A stretch of DNA of 62,698 nt, the filler included, from Sphacelaria rigidula (taxonomy: Eukaryota), in assembly GCA_964200075.2 (NCBI GenBank). It is 10 parts of 10 records of this genome, joined end to end, with 100 filler letters (N's around TTAATTAATTAA, not from the genome) between each part and the next. Parts side by side here need not be neighbours in the genome. Positions count along the whole stretch, not along the records: positions 31,402 to 37,581 come from CAXNAA020021703.1; positions 37,682 to 43,861 come from CAXNAA020021704.1; positions 43,962 to 50,140 come from CAXNAA020021705.1; 7 more parts are not named here. One strand, written 5' to 3'. Made by a program: the position numbers and the translations under genes. Positions 33,791-44,028 of this stretch are shown in pieces; position 1 is the stretch's first letter; each line of letters starts with the position of its first letter. The notes beneath the pieces were generated by a model. It was not told where the DNA came from and did not search any database. It was given only the letters and a program-made list of their open reading frames with translations.

Positions 33791-34007
33791 CGCACCCGGA
33801 TTGCTCACGATGGCAAACTCTGGGGTACACAGCAACGGATCCCAGTTTTTCATCACAACAGAAATAGCGGAGCACTTGAACGGTCGTTCCGTAGCGTTCG
33901 GTAGGGTTTCCGCCGGGATGGACGTAGTCACAGCTGTAGCCAACCTGTACTGTATTAGAGGAAAACCCGTTGCTGAAATCACTGTCTCCAAATGCGGCGA
34001 AGTGTAA
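33791..34007 (+). CDS. Cyclophilin-type peptidyl-prolyl isomerase, last exon
   Basis: PGLLTMANSGVHSNGSQFFITT...HLNGRSVAFGRVSAGMDVV...ITVSKCGEV*; acceptor CCCACAG at 33790. Confidence 0.9.
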
Positions 34008-35326
34008 TAGTAACCAGGTATTCGCGTAATCTTCGGAGATGGACGACGTGGAAATGTGTGTGTGTGTGTGTCTGTGTCTGTGTCTGTGTTTTGTTTCCAA
34101 CTTGAATCGTGGAAATGGCGAAGTCGCTGGATTGCTGGGCGGGGGATTTTTTGTTTTTCCCGCTTAATATGAAATGATCCCGAGCGATGCTGATGGCTAT
34201 GTCGAAGTTCATTGCAAGACGCTTGCATGCGCAAGGTATCAAGGGTGGTTCAGCGTCGCTTCGTGCTGTAGAGAGGCGTTTCTGTGCGGGGCCGGGGGCC
34301 GGGGTTGGTATAAAACGGATTACGCTTGGCACCGGTGCACATGTACATGCCGCGCCAATAGCTGATAGATGTACCTCAGTGTCCGGACACCGTGTTGATC
34401 GAACCAGGACGCCGCCGACATGGCAACGGTCGTCTGCCCACCTTCAAAACGGCCATCGAAAAAAACAGGTTAAATGTCAGCATGGGGACTTCACGTCTTT
34501 TGAGGTTTAATTGTTAACAACATAATTGTCAACAACATCATCGGTAGCGTGCGTGCGTACCGAGGGGTCTGTGTGAGGTCTTCATTATGTGGGGCATCAT
34601 TCAACTGTTGATTCCCTTTGGCGCGAGATGCGACAGACAGATCCGACCCACATCGGCCGCCGCAACAAACGCGAAAAATCAGTTGCTTAGCTGCACGAAA
34701 TAACAAGAGTCCAAGATTGGGCACCACAGGATATATATATATATATATATACGTATATATATACATAAAAATATATATTCCTTGAAGGAAGGAGGACACC
34801 TAACCCACAATCACTACGCGAGCGGATTCGTGTGCCCGATTTCCCGGAGGCTCGACTATACTGTCTCATGGCAGTCATGTGGGGTAGACGCCTCGAGCGT
34901 TCGCAAACTTTGCACAAGGCAGCGCGGGGGTCCGACCCAGTAAAATCCCCTTGTCCACTTGGCGCAGTGCACGTGCCGCCCTACTCTCACGAGCTTCGGC
35001 CTTAAGACCACAGGCTATGTGACATGTTGTGAGAGAACGTTGTGCTCGAAGATAGGAGCTGCTCTCAGGCAGCTTTAGCATCGGATTTACCTGTATATGC
35101 CAAGGTCAAGCTTCAATACTGTTCCGAGAGTAGCTTTACACCGAATGAATTTGCAAACGGGGATATCCTGACCCCTATTCTTGTGTAGTTCCTAATTGTT
35201 AAGAACTCCTGAATCAGGCCGGTTTTGGCCCCAAAAGTGCAGACCCTACTATCGCAGCATCACTCAGCATGTGAGCCACAAGTACGACACGAGCTGTTGC
35301 ACAGATATGAACTGTTGATCACGTTT

Positions 35327-35754
35327 AAACACGGGATCTTACAAGTTGGGGATGAGAAACCTGGATAATTAAAATCTTCGTATCCATACCAAATCTTCGA
35401 AATATGGTTCCATTTCTTCCCCTACTGAAAGCTATTGACAACTGCTACACGCCACAGGAATTTGGATTTCGATCACCGAAATGTTGGGGTCCTAGGTGTA
35501 AATTTTGGGCGGAGGAATTTCGGGTGTCCGAACGGACGCCAAAATGGTTCCGAAATTGGTTTTTTACCTAGGACCCCAACATTTCGGTGATCGGAATCCA
35601 AACTTCTATGGCGTGTAGCAGTTGTCAATAGCTTTCAGTAGGGGAAGAAATGGAACCATATTTCGAAGATTTGGTATGGATACGAAGATTTTAATTCTCC
35701 AGGTTTCTTGTCCCCAATAAATTATCCATCCCCAATTTATAAGATCCCGTGTTT
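35327..35754. mobile_element. Foldback MITE with ~170-bp inverted arms
   Basis: AAACACGGGATCTTA...GGGGTCCTAGGT and ACCTAGGACCCC...TAAGATCCCGTGTTT are near-perfect reverse complements around a ~65-nt spacer. Confidence 0.92.
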
Positions 35755-37062
35755 TTAGCGCAAACGTCGCGGTATGAAGGCCAACAAGTGTTTAAACGTC
35801 GGGCAGCTCATGAGCAACTCACATCATGTGACATGAAACACAGAGCATCCGTTCACGTGCGTACTACTACTGTATTGTGACTGTAATTTGGAGCGAGGGC
35901 ATGGGACGGAACGGAGTCGCTGCGGGGCCGGGAACTTTGCTTTTTCGGGAGTCAGTGGGTGAAATGACGAGATACAATGAAATGCCGAGAGAAGGTATAT
36001 ATATATGTATATATATATATATGATGAAAAAAAATGTGTCCCCTGGCCGTGTTCCCTTTTTCCTTGCAGGGGTGGGTTCGATTGTGGGCAACTTTCCTCC
36101 GCCGGGTCAACTTTCGGTTTTTCGATTCGGGAAATAAATGCAGGTTGTCCGCCCAGTAAATTTGGTGTCTATGACCGACCGCAGGCATGAAGTCCGCGGT
36201 GTGGCGGTGCCACAGAAGAGCAAACATACACGAACAATAGATGCCGATGTAAAAGAGTACATGGGCCACTGCTACTACTACTGTTGTCTGTATACCGTCC
36301 CTTGCAAAAGTAGTACAGACTGGCTCGCGGAAGAAGAAAAGAAACTGTATACATCTATTGTTCTACAGTATTGATAGTCCGGTCAAAGAAAATCCCTGCA
36401 TATTACATTTCGGCCAGTCTCTCCGTCTCCATTCGTTTTCAAGTGTAAAAAGACTACATTTCACATTATCAGAGGGAGGCCCGAGGCCGTAAGAAGGTAC
36501 ATGAAACGTTGCTCGATTTCACTGGTTTTTGTAGGACCCTGACCATTTTCGGAGACCAGAAACCCAAGAAAAAAGTAAAGCCGAGTGAAGGAAATTGTAC
36601 CGAGTCGCGATTCGTGGTGGCCTTGGGGATTCGCACGGGAACTTACGTGCAAACAATGAATGGTCTCCTTATTATACTCCTCCTTCCCTTCCCTTTCGCT
36701 TCTTTTTTTTCCCTGTCCATTATTTTTTGTTTCTGTTCCCGTTTTCTGTCTCTTTATTAGGTTATGTTTACTTTCTACTTCTCCGGTTGTAGTGTTGTGT
36801 TATTTTCTTCGTCTTTTCACGAGGTCGAGTCAGTGTCCTTCATCAGCGAGGAGTGTCGACGCGTTTGTTCACCCTGATTGATTTTTGAGTGATGTGGTTG
36901 TCGCACATTAGTAGCTGATCATTATCCACAACTGGGACCCAGGCGTAGTCACAAGATCGATGCGATGTACCCAAGAACACTTTCTACGATAGCCCCCCCT
37001 CCTCAAATCGCTGGTTTGGGGAGGCAAAATCTACACACGCAGCCATTTGTCTACCTCCCAAC

Positions 37063-37305
37063 ATGCCTCCGGAGGGATGCTCGGTCTTCCAGAGGCAAAG
37101 CAAGCCTCCGGAGGCCATCAATCCTAATGTGGGGATAGCAAAATGCCTCCGGAGGGATGCGTGGCCCTCCAGAGGCGAAAACAAGCCCCCGGAGGCGTTT
37201 AATCCCCTCTGGAGGGAACCAAAAAGTACTCGTGTGGAGGGCCGCGCACCCCTCCGGAGGCGCTTAATTCCTCTGGAGGATCGAGAAGTTGACCGCCCTG
37301 GAGGA
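37063..37305 (+). repeat. Cluster of palindromic CCTCCGGAGG motifs including an ~80-bp tandem duplication
   Basis: ATGCCTCCGGAGGGATGC...CCAGAGGC...CAAGCC.CCGGAGGC...AATCC at 37063 and 37143, plus further CCTC(C/T)GGAGG copies. Confidence 0.8.
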
Positions 37306-37920
37306 ATTTCGGGGGTAGCCAGGTGGCCGCGTTTGTACACGAAAGTCGAAATGAAAAAAGCCAAGCACAACGAACAGCTGGGAATTCCCACGCTTGACTT
37401 CGTTTTTACCAATCAATGTCGCCCATATTTGACGCTTCATCATGCAGCCTGGAACCCAACATTTATCTGGCGCTGTATGACCATTTTCTTCGTGACAGTT
37501 TTGGCTGGTTTTGGAGGGGGGGGGGCGTACTCATTTGTTGCTTGCTTTAGTCATTTGACCACTGACCACGCATCCCTTTCGNNNNNNNNNNNNNNNNNNN
37601 NNNNNNNNNNNNNNNNNNNNNNNNNTTAATTAATTAANNNNNNNNNNNNNNNNNNNNNNNNNNNNNNNNNNNNNNNNNNNNGTCCCGGCTTTGTAGGGAT
37701 GCGAGGTCAATGGTCTGATGACCATGGCATGCATGATCATGAGTACACCCCCCTTCCCCGTGAATAAATTAGATCGTCATCGGATGGATGCGTTGGCTCA
37801 TGCTCGACATGAGTTCAGCACTCAGGACGTAGTTTTCATCCATACTCAGCCAGTCACTACAAAACGTTGTTTCATACTCTATTGAGCTCTACTCCCTGTT
37901 TGCGTGTGGCTGGGCTTCAG

Positions 37921-39383
37921 GTTTGGGACTTGTCCACCAAGGAGTGCTTGCACACAGTCAAACCGAGGGTTGCAGATTGCGGAACGGTGAGCATCCCTGT
38001 GCAGGGATCATGTGGGTGGAGGGAGGGATTGCTGGATTAAGAGCCCTGTAATGCGTGGGAGAACCTCGTGCGTTTTGGACCACATCCGAGTTTAAACGTC
38101 CCTATGGTTAGGGTTGGTTAGGGTTAGCGTTAGCGTTAGGGTTGGTTAGGGTTAGCGTTAGCGTTAGGGTTGGTTAGGGTTAGCGTTAGCGTTAGGGTTG
38201 GTTAGGGTTAGCGTTAGCGTTAGGGTTAGGCTTAGCGTTAGGTTACGACGCGGCCCAAATAGCACGTAGTCCTCCCACGCATTACAAGCCCTACGTCACG
38301 CGATAAAGTCCTATGAGAACAGAAGCGGGAATCTCTGAAGCATCTATTTCATGTACACTGCTCTACGGCAAAGCGTCCGTTCAACACCAGGTACCGGTAA
38401 TAGTCAGTAATTCACCACCGTTCATCGGCACGGCTGTTCTGTGTTACGGCGTTCGATGTGCTCAATGTTGGTTCACTGGTGGGATGGGGCTGTCACCGCC
38501 ACGACAGCCCGTTGCTTGACAATGGCTCAGTTTCGGAAAACGCCTTTTAGTCATTTTAGAGTGCAACTATCTCAGGATCAGAATGTGACAAAAAAATCAT
38601 TTCCCCCTCCATCAAATGTGGTATCCCTTTGGCGTTTTTTTCGATGGGGTGTTTTTTCAATTCTGCGCACTGATCCGGGAATATTTGCACTCTGGAATGA
38701 TAAAAAAAAAGCATTTTCCGAAGCTCTTTAATGGCAATAGTTTTGAAACTTTTTGCCGTATAAGCCAAAGACAGCGTATCTTGTAGAACATTGAAACACA
38801 CCGCCGAATATCAGCAACCACAATATATACGACGACCACGACTTGATGCACGGCTTCGTGAGAATGACTGTATCCCCGCACACCACACCTTCGTGCTCGC
38901 CTTGTCCGTCCGCACGCCCCTGCCTACGACTGTACCTCCCGTAGCTGCAATCTGTGGCCAGATCCGACTTTCACCTGTATACTGGATCCAGCAATGGTCG
39001 GGTAGTCGTGTTTGCGCTGGGGAGAGTGTGCCAGAGGCCAGAGAAGCACCGTTGTCACCTCTACGACCAGCCGCGGTGGTTCTGCGAACAGGTGGGAGTG
39101 TCATTGCTGCACAGGTGGTCAGAGGAACGCCTTGAATCCAATATTTCAACGCTCGACCTTCCCCATAGCAGTGGTGAGGCCAGTGATATGCATCTGTGCA
39201 CAGAAACTGCGCGTTTTCAAGTCTCTATTAATCGGACTGACGTTCAGTGTTGGTGTTGGGCTTTACCGCTGTTCGCAGGAAATCTTCAACCACGGGAAAG
39301 AGCCTATCCAGCAAATGGTGTGCGGCGGTGTAGGGGGAACGTTCAAGTATCTGTTCACTGGTGCACGGGACGGAACGATCAAG
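37921..39383 (+). CDS. WD40-repeat protein, internal exons (37921-37986, 38945-39091, 39279-39383)
   Basis: VWDLSTKECLHTV; LYTGSSNGRVVVF; H..PIQQM...YLFTGARDGTIK. All exons are AG/GT bounded and phase 0. Confidence 0.85.
38047..38286. mobile_element. MITE family T, copy C, with four perfect 28-bp telomere-variant units (38111-38222)
   Basis: TGTAATGCGTGGGAGAAC ... GTCCTCCCACGCATTACA; unit GGGTTGGTTAGGGTTAGCGTTAGCGTTA x4. Confidence 0.88.
38528..38726. mobile_element. ~200-bp MITE with ~55-bp imperfect TIRs (intronic)
   Basis: AGTTTCGGAAAACGC...TCATTTTAGAGTGCAACTATCTCAGGATCAG mirrors CTGATCCGGGAATATTTGCACTCTGGAATGA...GCATTTTCCGAAGCT. Confidence 0.75.
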
Positions 39384-39944
39384 GTACGCGTGTCACGTTT
39401 TTGTTGCTCCGAACGCGTGGAAGCAGGGAGTGCGTTTCGAAGTCAGCACGATCATGTACATGCGGGTAAGGTGGTTTAGGAGGTGGACAGGTGCGTTCGC
39501 TTCTTTGGAGATTGACATGCAGCCCTGGCACCGTGTTTCTGTAAACAGTGTAATCAGTAGGGTCCACGATGCTGAATCCATGATACAGAAGTGTGGTACA
39601 TTCGTCTTTTTGTGTATGGACTGTTACGCGCTGCGAGCTTCACCACCGCAATCAGTGTCGGGGACACACGTGAGTGTGCGACTTGATGCCGGGCGTGTGG
39701 GTCGTGCCTTCTCGTTCATTGGTCTTCTTCCTTGGTGGCTACTTAACAACAATACTATCTTTCTACCCAACCCTGATCGGCCGCTACTCGTGTCCTCCGA
39801 TAGACTTTCACGGTCGCGTCCATCGAACAAATCCACCGAATAACGGAGTAACACTCTGCACTTCCGACAAAATCTGGGTAAAGGTCAAGGATCCCGTAGG
39901 CCACGGACTGGGATGTCGGATGCCGGCCTCATCGCCCTCCCCTT

Positions 39945-40420
39945 TAAGGGTTGGCGTCGGTTGGCAACGACGCTGCAAAACACGCCACTCACTGCGTAAG
40001 CTAGGCAATCAGAGTACGGTTTTTCCACACGTGCTGTTTCGGCGTAAAACATGGTGGTGATCGAGTTAGATCATATTGTTCGGGGTGGAGAACCTCAGCT
40101 TTACGCACAGGGGATGGTCGTACTAATGTACGTAGTCATCAAACCGCGAGACACACATGAGGCAGTGGAACCCGTAGCTGTCTCTGGAAAAAAAGTCGAT
40201 GCCAGAAAAATGAAACAACTTGTTCGAGGCCGTCATTCATGTGCTCAGTAATTAGTACGCTTCGGGGCGAGCAATCTTCGTGACATGCAGCTCACCCTTC
40301 ATGCCCCTCGCCGAACACACCACGGGGCTTCGCGCTTGGTGTCTGCGAGTCTGGCCCAGTGAAAACCCAACCTGCTCCACCCCGGCTTCTTCGGATGCGA
40401 GGTCAATGGTCTTATGACCA
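39945..40420 (+). repeat. Long copy of the poly(C)-terminated dispersed repeat (3' tip missing)
   Basis: Collinear with the reverse complement of 14425-15003. Confidence 0.8.
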
Positions 40421-43231
40421 CCGAATGAATGGCTTCACTACATGGGTGCACTTTTTAGTACAAAAAGGTTACTGAGGCTGCACATTAATGCCCAGATGTT
40501 TGTCATCGAGGGGCTGCTGAACTGCAAAGCCCCAGGAGAACACTATACACCCCTACGATATAACCACTCGGGTGCAGAGTCACGAGTGCACCCTCCTTTC
40601 CCCCAGGGGATAGATCACTTCAACTTCTTGGGTGGTCGAGATATTAAACAGGACAAACGTGTACATCGACCGGTACCTTGAATCTATGTATGTGCTGCTT
40701 GGGTTTCTCTGCATAATACCATGCGCCCTCTGGATCCGTTGCTTGGCACTAGCTACCTGCACAGAGTCGTTAGCGGTCGTGAGACACCAAGACCATTGCC
40801 AAATACGGTCTGAAGACGATGGCAACATAACCAGTAGTGGCGCCCATTCTGCCATCGAGAACAGCCGGGCCGCTTCCGCACGCTTGGCGGTCTCGATGAT
40901 TGTACCTAATAATGGTACACGTTTATCACCGCCAGCATCTAGTAGAAGTTAGTTTAGATTTTTACCGCAGCGCCGCACCTATTCACGTTGCTGCCTCATA
41001 ACTCACTATACATAGACGAAGCGCGTTGCAAAATTGGCACCACACGCGCATTTACCTAAATAGGTGGATGGTGAGTGTTTATATGAAACATGTTGACTGG
41101 TAGTAGCAGCGAAGGTAGACAGTATGATTCATGGTGTATAGCTGTACGGTCCCGTACTTGCTGCAGAGTGTCGTTTGTCCCTTGACCGTCAATGTAGGTC
41201 ATCTGGGTCACGTACTTATTTTTCTGGTGAAAGTGATACTAATTCCACGTACATGCACATCGGTACCCGATCTCACCAGCGAGCTTCCGTCGTCTTGCTT
41301 TCCGGGATACAGTAGTACTCGCACAGCAGTACATAACAGTAGGGTAAATAAAGTCCGACGCGGCAATGCAGCACTCGTAAGTGTAGAAAACAGTACTCGT
41401 ATAGCAGTACAGGTGTGTCTTATCATCCCATCTATCCTGGACGGCAGTGTACACCTTTCGTCAACAACATCATACATCCTCCCCCCTTGTCTCAATGCTT
41501 TCTTTCTTAGCAGCCCTGGTACTTTCGGGGCAGGGCTGGCATGCCCCGAGCGCGTTTTGGTCCTGCACGCATGTCACATCGTCTCAAGCGTACCCCCTCT
41601 TTTACCGTCTGCACTGCTACTCTACCGCGAAGAGAGTCTCCTCGCAAATGGAGCTTAGCATTGAAATGGGCTTCAGCCTGCCTTTAGATTTTGGGGTTTC
41701 AGGCCGAAATAGTTTGCGAAACGAAAGCAGTTTCGGATAGCTCGTGTATGTTGTAAGCGAAGCAGGTGTCGATACGTGCATCCGATGAATGCGTTGTACA
41801 CGTGTGTCGATGACGATGCTACTGAAGGAGCAATGGCGGAGAGGAAGCTCTTCGTCCGTTCCCTTTGCGCGTCTTCCTTCGGCGATTCCCAATAACCGCT
41901 GGAGAGATTGGCATCATGTTACCATCACATACCCGATCTTTTTGCCCTTTTGTCGGCACCAGAATGGCAGGTGGCTTGTTGTACAGTCCCCCCCCAAAAA
42001 AGATGCGGCAAGCCAAGCCGCATCTCGACTGATTTATTCGTGCTGTGGCGCTGGCAGTGCGAAGGTCGATTCCTTCCTCCCTCTTTTTTTGGACAGGATG
42101 TGCCCCTGTGCGCTATAGCACACGTCGTCGAAAGGCAGGGCGATGTTTCTGTCACCGCTACCCCCTTGTCATATACACACGCGCGAGCAGTAACCTTTCC
42201 GCGAAGATCCAATCGCGCGTGTGCGGGAGGATGTTATAGTTGATTTTGGCCTGCAATTCGCACAAAGACAGTCGTGCCCGTCTGGGTTATGGGAATGTAG
42301 TCGAGAACCGATGCCTATGGAGACTTTCTTGATATACAAAGTGAAGCAAGATGCCTCTAGCGGTGACTTAGCTGCTGCTGGCATGGCCCACATGGGAGCT
42401 GGCATATGGCCATGCTACGATAAGGGTTGCATCTTCTGTTTCTGGGTGTCTTTTTTGTAGGAGCCCAAATAGATGGGGCTTACTGTGCAGCCCAAATCTC
42501 CAAGGACTGGACATGGAGATGCACGCAGGGGCCTTTTCGTGAATCGGCATCATTTTCAGTCATTCTCAAGTAAAGTTGATGCCGATTCTCACAACGATCC
42601 GTCCAACACCCCGAGAAACATTTTCGCTAAAACAGTGCAACACCTATCGTAGCATCATTCCATACTGTAATGTGTGATCAGCAGCGCGTCTTACCTGATG
42701 CACAGCTGATGCGCGCCATTGTGTCTTCAAATGTTCGACTCTGCGGAGGCCATCACAACCTTTTGCCTGACGCGAGTTATGGTTTAACTGAGAGCAAGGT
42801 CGTTATTGCAACATATGAACTACTCACCGTTCCATTTGTCAACCACGCCGTCGGGCGCTGACTAAACAAGTCTTGTCTGAGATAGGTTGGGCGAGCTTTC
42901 AAGCAGCGCAGCTGGAAGAAGCTCAGACAAATAGTGCCACTACAGCATTCCGTTTCTGTGTAATCCCACAGATACGAATAGCTTCTGAAATTCGAACGAA
43001 GGCGATAGCATCAAAAACGCTGTCAAAACCAGGCAACAAGCGCTCTCCTCCGGTTCCGCTAGATGTCAAGAACATCGATGCCACTCTTTTGTCGAACATA
43101 TGTGGAATTTCTATATAAAGGTTAGTATAGAACCTAAGCGGAGTGCACCCGTTCATGTTCGGGAGAGAAAATGCGTTGTTTGAAACGCTTTTACAAGGGC
43201 AAAAATGAGGGACTTCGTTCGAAGAAAACTA

Positions 43232-43784
43232 CAGTTGCGGCCCGGAGTCAAGAAACGACAATTTGGGGTTGAGGCTCAAAGTCTTATTTCGAGCGCAAAC
43301 ACCAGCATAAGTTGTGTGTGCTTTCTGTTATATTGAGCTTTCTTATATTTCTGGCTGACCGGATACTGTTGATTTTCTTGAATTGTCGTTTTCTTATATC
43401 CTCGGTGTACTGCCTCCACCACCTCCTCGCTCGCTGCACGCAAGTTAGCCAACAAAAAACACCCCCGTAGGTCTACGGTGTCTAGCATGAAACAGCCGTA
43501 AATCAAGAACGTATGCCGCTCCAACAAAAAGTGCAGTTTAGCAGGGGGGGAGGGGGGTCTAGATATAGAGGATACGTTTCTTAGTTGGGAAGGGGCTCCC
43601 CAGTCACCCAGTTTCTTATTTATCATGCCTATTTTAGCTATGTATCCGCGCTGTTTCTTATTTTCATGTTTCTTATCTTGTCACCCAGATTCAGGTGTGT
43701 GTCTTAGTCCATTTTTCATATTTTCCGTGAAAGGCCCAGCCTCATTTTCTCAACTAATTTTTTCTTAATTGCGGGCCGCAACTG
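43232..43784. mobile_element. 553-bp non-autonomous Tc1/mariner-type element with TA target duplication
   Basis: TA|CAGTTGCGGCCCG ... CGGGCCGCAACTG|TA; perfect 13-bp TIR, no transposase. Confidence 0.85.
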
Positions 43785-43797
43785 TACAGCACTGGTC

Positions 43798-43861
43798 GCC
43801 CCGGTGGCTCAGTTGGTAACCTCGTAACCTTCTGATGGTTGAGTTGGGGGGTTCGATTCCC
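43798..43861 (+). mobile_element. tRNA-derived head (Pol III A and B boxes), probable SINE 5' half cut by the contig end
   Basis: A box TGGCTCAGTTGG (43805-43816); B box GGTTCGATTCC (43850-43860); no clean canonical anticodon arm. Confidence 0.7.
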
Positions 43862-43961
43862 NNNNNNNNNNNNNNNNNNNNNNNNNNNNNNNNNNNNNNN
43901 NNNNNTTAATTAATTAANNNNNNNNNNNNNNNNNNNNNNNNNNNNNNNNNNNNNNNNNNNN

Positions 43962-44028
43962 GGGAAAGCACTGTTTTGGGCTTGAGCCTCATCTCGAAGT
44001 TAAACCTCAATCCGCACAATTTGTTGTT
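43962..44028 (+). mobile_element. Probable SINE 3' half adjoining gypsy pol
   Basis: Same sequence as 12389-12461 in reverse complement; ends CAATTTGTTGTT. Confidence 0.8.

Noticed and set aside
37705..37750. Hammerhead ribozyme core (CTGATGA) in the poly(C) repeat
   Set aside because: There is no correctly placed GAAA after a stem II, and CTGATGA is not conserved in other copies (CAAATGA, TTATGA).
38105..38245. CRISPR array or true chromosome end
   Set aside because: There are no unique spacers, and it is internal to an intron and flanked by TIRs.
43798..43861. Functional tRNA gene
   Set aside because: It is truncated at the contig end and has no convincing anticodon stem; a SINE head fits better.
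43798..44028. Physical continuity of the SINE head and tail across this spacer
   Set aside because: Contigs are ordered by length, so adjacency is not evidence. The join is argued only from sequence logic.
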